Under the pieces are notes generated by a model. The model saw only the letters and a program-made list of their open reading frames with translations. It was not told where the DNA came from and did not search any database. A program made the position numbers and the translations under genes. A DNA stretch of 64,000 nucleotides from Candidatus Poribacteria bacterium (lineage in GTDB: Bacteria; Poribacteria; WGA-4E; WGA-3G). The stretch lies in assembly GCA_965205025.1 (NCBI GenBank), contig CBDBFU010000002.1, positions 224,001-288,000 of the forward strand, written 5' to 3'. Positions 60,995 to 64,000 of the stretch are shown piece after piece; the first letter of the stretch is position 1, and the number at the start of each line of letters is the position of its first letter.

Positions 60995-62080
60995 ATGGAA
61001 ATGAAAGATACAGAGTTCCTCTCTTTTTTAGATTACCCTATAGAGCAGTTCCATGACCGCAGCACACGTTGGTTACTTGAAGACAAGGAGAATGTTCAAG
61101 GACTATTAGAAATTGTCAGGGAACATTTAGTTCCACATATTGATTTTAATCAACTTGTGCATATCAACAGGAGTTTCATTCCAGACAATTTACGAGAACA
61201 GGAGTCCGACCTTGTGTATACTGTACCGTTTAAAAGTGATACACAGACAGACGAACTTCTGATTTACATTCTTATTGAACACCAGTCAACGATAGACGCA
61301 ACAATGGGTTTTAGAGTTCTGTTCTATATGACACAGATATGGGATTTTCAACGACGCGAATGGGAATCCAACAACATATCTAAGAGTCAAAGACGATTAC
61401 GCCCCATTATTCCGATTGTATTTTATACAGGCGAACAAAAATGGCAAACACCTTTATCACTCTATAACTTGATAGAATTGCCCGAATTACTTGTAGATTT
61501 TGTCCCTAACTTTGAAATCCTGTTTCTGAGTGTAAAAGAAACAGACTCCGCAGTTTTAACCAAAACCGACCATCCGTTTGGATGGTTGCTAACTGTTCTG
61601 CAAAAGGAAAATGCAACTAAAGAGGAGATACGAACTGCCCTAACAGAAGCAATACAGCATATTGACACACTTGATGTTGAAAAAACTCAACAGTGGCGGC
61701 GTGCGATATTTTACCTTTATCTGTTAATCCTACACCGACGTCCCGTTGAAGAACATGATGAGTTGAAGACTTTAGTTTATCAGCAATCCCAAGAAACTTC
61801 ACATAGAGAGGAGGGAGAAGCAATGGCACAGACAATGGCTGAATTCCTAATTGAACAAGGTAAAAAAGAAGGTGAAAAAAGAGGTGAAAAAAAAGGTGAA
61901 AAAAAAGGTGAATTACGTGCAAAACGTGAGGCTGTTTTAAAATCACTCCACATCCGATTTGATCCAGTTACAGATACAATCCTCAATAAAATATCTGCTA
62001 TTCGGAGTATCTCACGTCTTGATACGCTTTTTGAGAAAATAGCAACCGCAAAAACACTTAATGAAATTGACTGGGAATAA
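60995..62080 (+). CDS. Rpn/YhgA-like PD-(D/E)XK nuclease (recombination-promoting nuclease family)
   Basis: ESDLVY, YILIEHQS, MGFRVLFY, PIIPIVFYTG, internal MAQTMAE plus EQGKKEGEKRG repeats. Confidence 0.9.
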   Translation: MEMKDTEFLSFLDYPIEQFHDRSTRWLLEDKENVQGLLEIVREHLVPHIDFNQLVHINRSFIPDNLREQESDLVYTVPFKSDTQTDELLIYILIEHQSTIDATMGFRVLFYMTQIWDFQRREWESNNISKSQRRLRPIIPIVFYTGEQKWQTPLSLYNLIELPELLVDFVPNFEILFLSVKETDSAVLTKTDHPFGWLLTVLQKENATKEEIRTALTEAIQHIDTLDVEKTQQWRRAIFYLYLLILHRRPVEEHDELKTLVYQQSQETSHREEGEAMAQTMAEFLIEQGKKEGEKRGEKKGEKKGELRAKREAVLKSLHIRFDPVTDTILNKISAIRSISRLDTLFEKIATAKTLNEIDWE

Positions 62081-62275
62081 TTAAGGTTAGAATTCATCAG
62101 ATTTATGATAAATATTAGACTAAATTAGACACCCTACAACGGAGCAATATCAAACCCAGATACACCGATTAACCCTACCTAACCTTATGCAATTTGCTTG
62201 ACAGAATCGAATTGAAGTGGTAATCTATTTTCAGTTTTTATGAAGATATTGAGATATGGAGAGACTGTCTGACGT

Positions 62276-62878
62276 ATGTCAAAACCGAAAAGAAAACGTA
62301 AGAATAGACATTCTTCAGAAGAGGGTACAGAGGAAACACCTCGTTTAGAGAAAACAGCACCACTGCAACTACGATATTATGGTGACCCCGTACTCAGAAA
62401 AAAAGCAGAACCTGTTCAAGAAATTACCTACGAAGAGGTAAAACTTGCTGAAGACATGCTCAATACTCTCTACTTTACAGAAGTCGGTATCGGTTTAGCA
62501 GCAACACAGGTCGGTATCTTAAAACGATTCTTGATTGTTGATATACGTGAGGATGAAGAAGAGGACGAAACCGGACTTTTTATGTTGTTTAATCCTGAAA
62601 TTCTTAATTCTGAAGGTGAAGATATAGCTGAAGAAGGATGTTTGAGCATACCGGACCTTCGTGAAGATGTGAAAAGACCGGAAAAAATAGTTGTAAAAGC
62701 AATAGACTTACGAAATCAATCAGTTGAATTTGAAGCAGACGGATTACTTGCCCGCGTTCTCCAACACGAAATTGACCACTTAAATGGAACTCTTTTTATT
62801 GATAGGATTAGTGGCTTAAAAAGACAATTGCTAAGCGATGAATTGAAGAAGTTACAGAAAGCTGATCGACCCACGTAA
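62276..62878 (+). CDS. def: Peptide deformylase
   Basis: GIGLAATQ, EGCLS, QHEIDHLNG. Confidence 0.96.
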   Translation: MSKPKRKRKNRHSSEEGTEETPRLEKTAPLQLRYYGDPVLRKKAEPVQEITYEEVKLAEDMLNTLYFTEVGIGLAATQVGILKRFLIVDIREDEEEDETGLFMLFNPEILNSEGEDIAEEGCLSIPDLREDVKRPEKIVVKAIDLRNQSVEFEADGLLARVLQHEIDHLNGTLFIDRISGLKRQLLSDELKKLQKADRPT

Positions 62879-62887
62879 CGCGTTAGG

Positions 62888-63751
62888 ATGGTAAATATGA
62901 CACCAAAACCTATAAAATCTCCCACTTTACAAACAAAAGTAGACCGTCTATATGAATGCCTACGCAACTATGAAAAGGTTATTGTTGCCTTCTCTGGTGG
63001 TGTAGATAGTACATTTCTTGCAGAAGCATCACAACATGCTTTAGGTGAAAATGCGCTTGCTGTTACTGCTATTTCCGATTCATACCCTATCAGAGAAATG
63101 AAAGCTGCACAAGAAATTGCTAAGCAGATTGGTATTCGCTTTGAAACTGTTAATACTGAAGAATTAGATTTAGAGGGATATGCAAGCAATCCAACAAATC
63201 GATGCTTCTTTTGTAAGACAGAATTGTTCGACAAACTTCGTCCAATTGCTGAAAAATATGATGTTGGTACAATTGTCTATGGTGCAATCCCAGACGACGT
63301 TGGTGACCATCGTCCGGGAATGGATGCAGCAAAACAGATGGGTATACAGGCACCGCTAATTGATGTTGACTTAACGAAAGCCGAAATCCGAGAGATTTCT
63401 AAAGTGTGGGATCTCCCAACATGGGATAAACCTGCGTTTGCTTGTCTTTCTTCACGTTTCCCATACGGTATGCGTATTACACGTGAATTACTACGTCAAG
63501 TTGATGCAGCAGAACAATTTTTATATGATATGGGTATCCGTCAATTCCGTGTCCGCCACCACGGAGAACTTGCCAGAATTGAACTGGAAGCAGATGAAAT
63601 GACACGATTTTACAAGAAAGAGACACGAAATCAAATCAACGAACATTTCAATACATTGGGATATACCCACGTCACACTTGATCTACAAGGATATCGTTCC
63701 GGTAGCCTAAATGAAGGAGTCACGAAAACACAAGTCAGTCAACTAACCTAA
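62888..63751 (+). CDS. larE: ATP-dependent sacrificial sulfur transferase LarE
   Basis: AFSGGVDS PP-loop, RCFFCK, DHRPG, WDKPAFACLSSRFPYG, GYRSGSLN. Confidence 0.92.
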   Translation: MVNMTPKPIKSPTLQTKVDRLYECLRNYEKVIVAFSGGVDSTFLAEASQHALGENALAVTAISDSYPIREMKAAQEIAKQIGIRFETVNTEELDLEGYASNPTNRCFFCKTELFDKLRPIAEKYDVGTIVYGAIPDDVGDHRPGMDAAKQMGIQAPLIDVDLTKAEIREISKVWDLPTWDKPAFACLSSRFPYGMRITRELLRQVDAAEQFLYDMGIRQFRVRHHGELARIELEADEMTRFYKKETRNQINEHFNTLGYTHVTLDLQGYRSGSLNEGVTKTQVSQLT

Positions 63752-63765
63752 CAGAGGAATAAAAG

Positions 63766-64000
63766 ATGTATGATTTAGAAGGTGTTTTACAATTACTTGT
63801 AGCATTCCCAGTTCATATATTGACCTTTTTGGGTTGTATTCTACTTCTTATACTTGTCTGGCCAAAACATAGGAAAAAGGGTAAATATACTCCTATCTCG
63901 TCTGAATCCACTGCAAAAAAGCAAGACTTAACACAGAGCGAAAAACATCAACTTGTGGAAAAGATTAATGAAAATAGAATGAGTGGTATCAAGAAAAGTG
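63766..64000 (+). CDS. Membrane-anchored hypothetical protein, partial
   Basis: GAGGA RBS, MYDLEGVLQLLVAFPVHILTFLGCILLLILVWPKHRKK; frame open to the window end. Confidence 0.6.
   Translation, partial: MYDLEGVLQLLVAFPVHILTFLGCILLLILVWPKHRKKGKYTPISSESTAKKQDLTQSEKHQLVEKINENRMSGIKKS

Overview
AT-rich bacterial window. The gene repertoire (PhyH, Gfo/Idh/MocA, Uma2, Rpn, many WD40/TPR/LRR proteins, an LTD protein with LPVxLSSF and GKLxxxW C-terminal motifs) suggests Ca. Poribacteria or a similar sponge symbiont; this is inference. Bases 1-17.5 kb hold metabolic genes, tRNA-Leu(TAA) and tRNA-fMet, a secreted protein with an extreme His-rich 50-aa repeat array, and nested MITE/REP clusters. Bases 17.5-61 kb are a mostly minus-strand accessory island: two mosaic TlpA-like paralogs; TPR, protease-TPR, WD40 and LRR genes; and five ECF sigma-TM-WD40 fusion genes plus one sigma-less derivative. 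Each of the five fusions has a related upstream ECF-type promoter whose -35 element co-varies with the sigma4 helix. Inside the island is a Ro60/TROVE gene preceded by three tandem Y-RNA-like genes: one tRNA-mimic YrlA flanked by two minimal RNAs with identical Ro-binding stems and different loops. An IS701-family element lies just upstream. The window ends with GH32, Rpn, def and larE.
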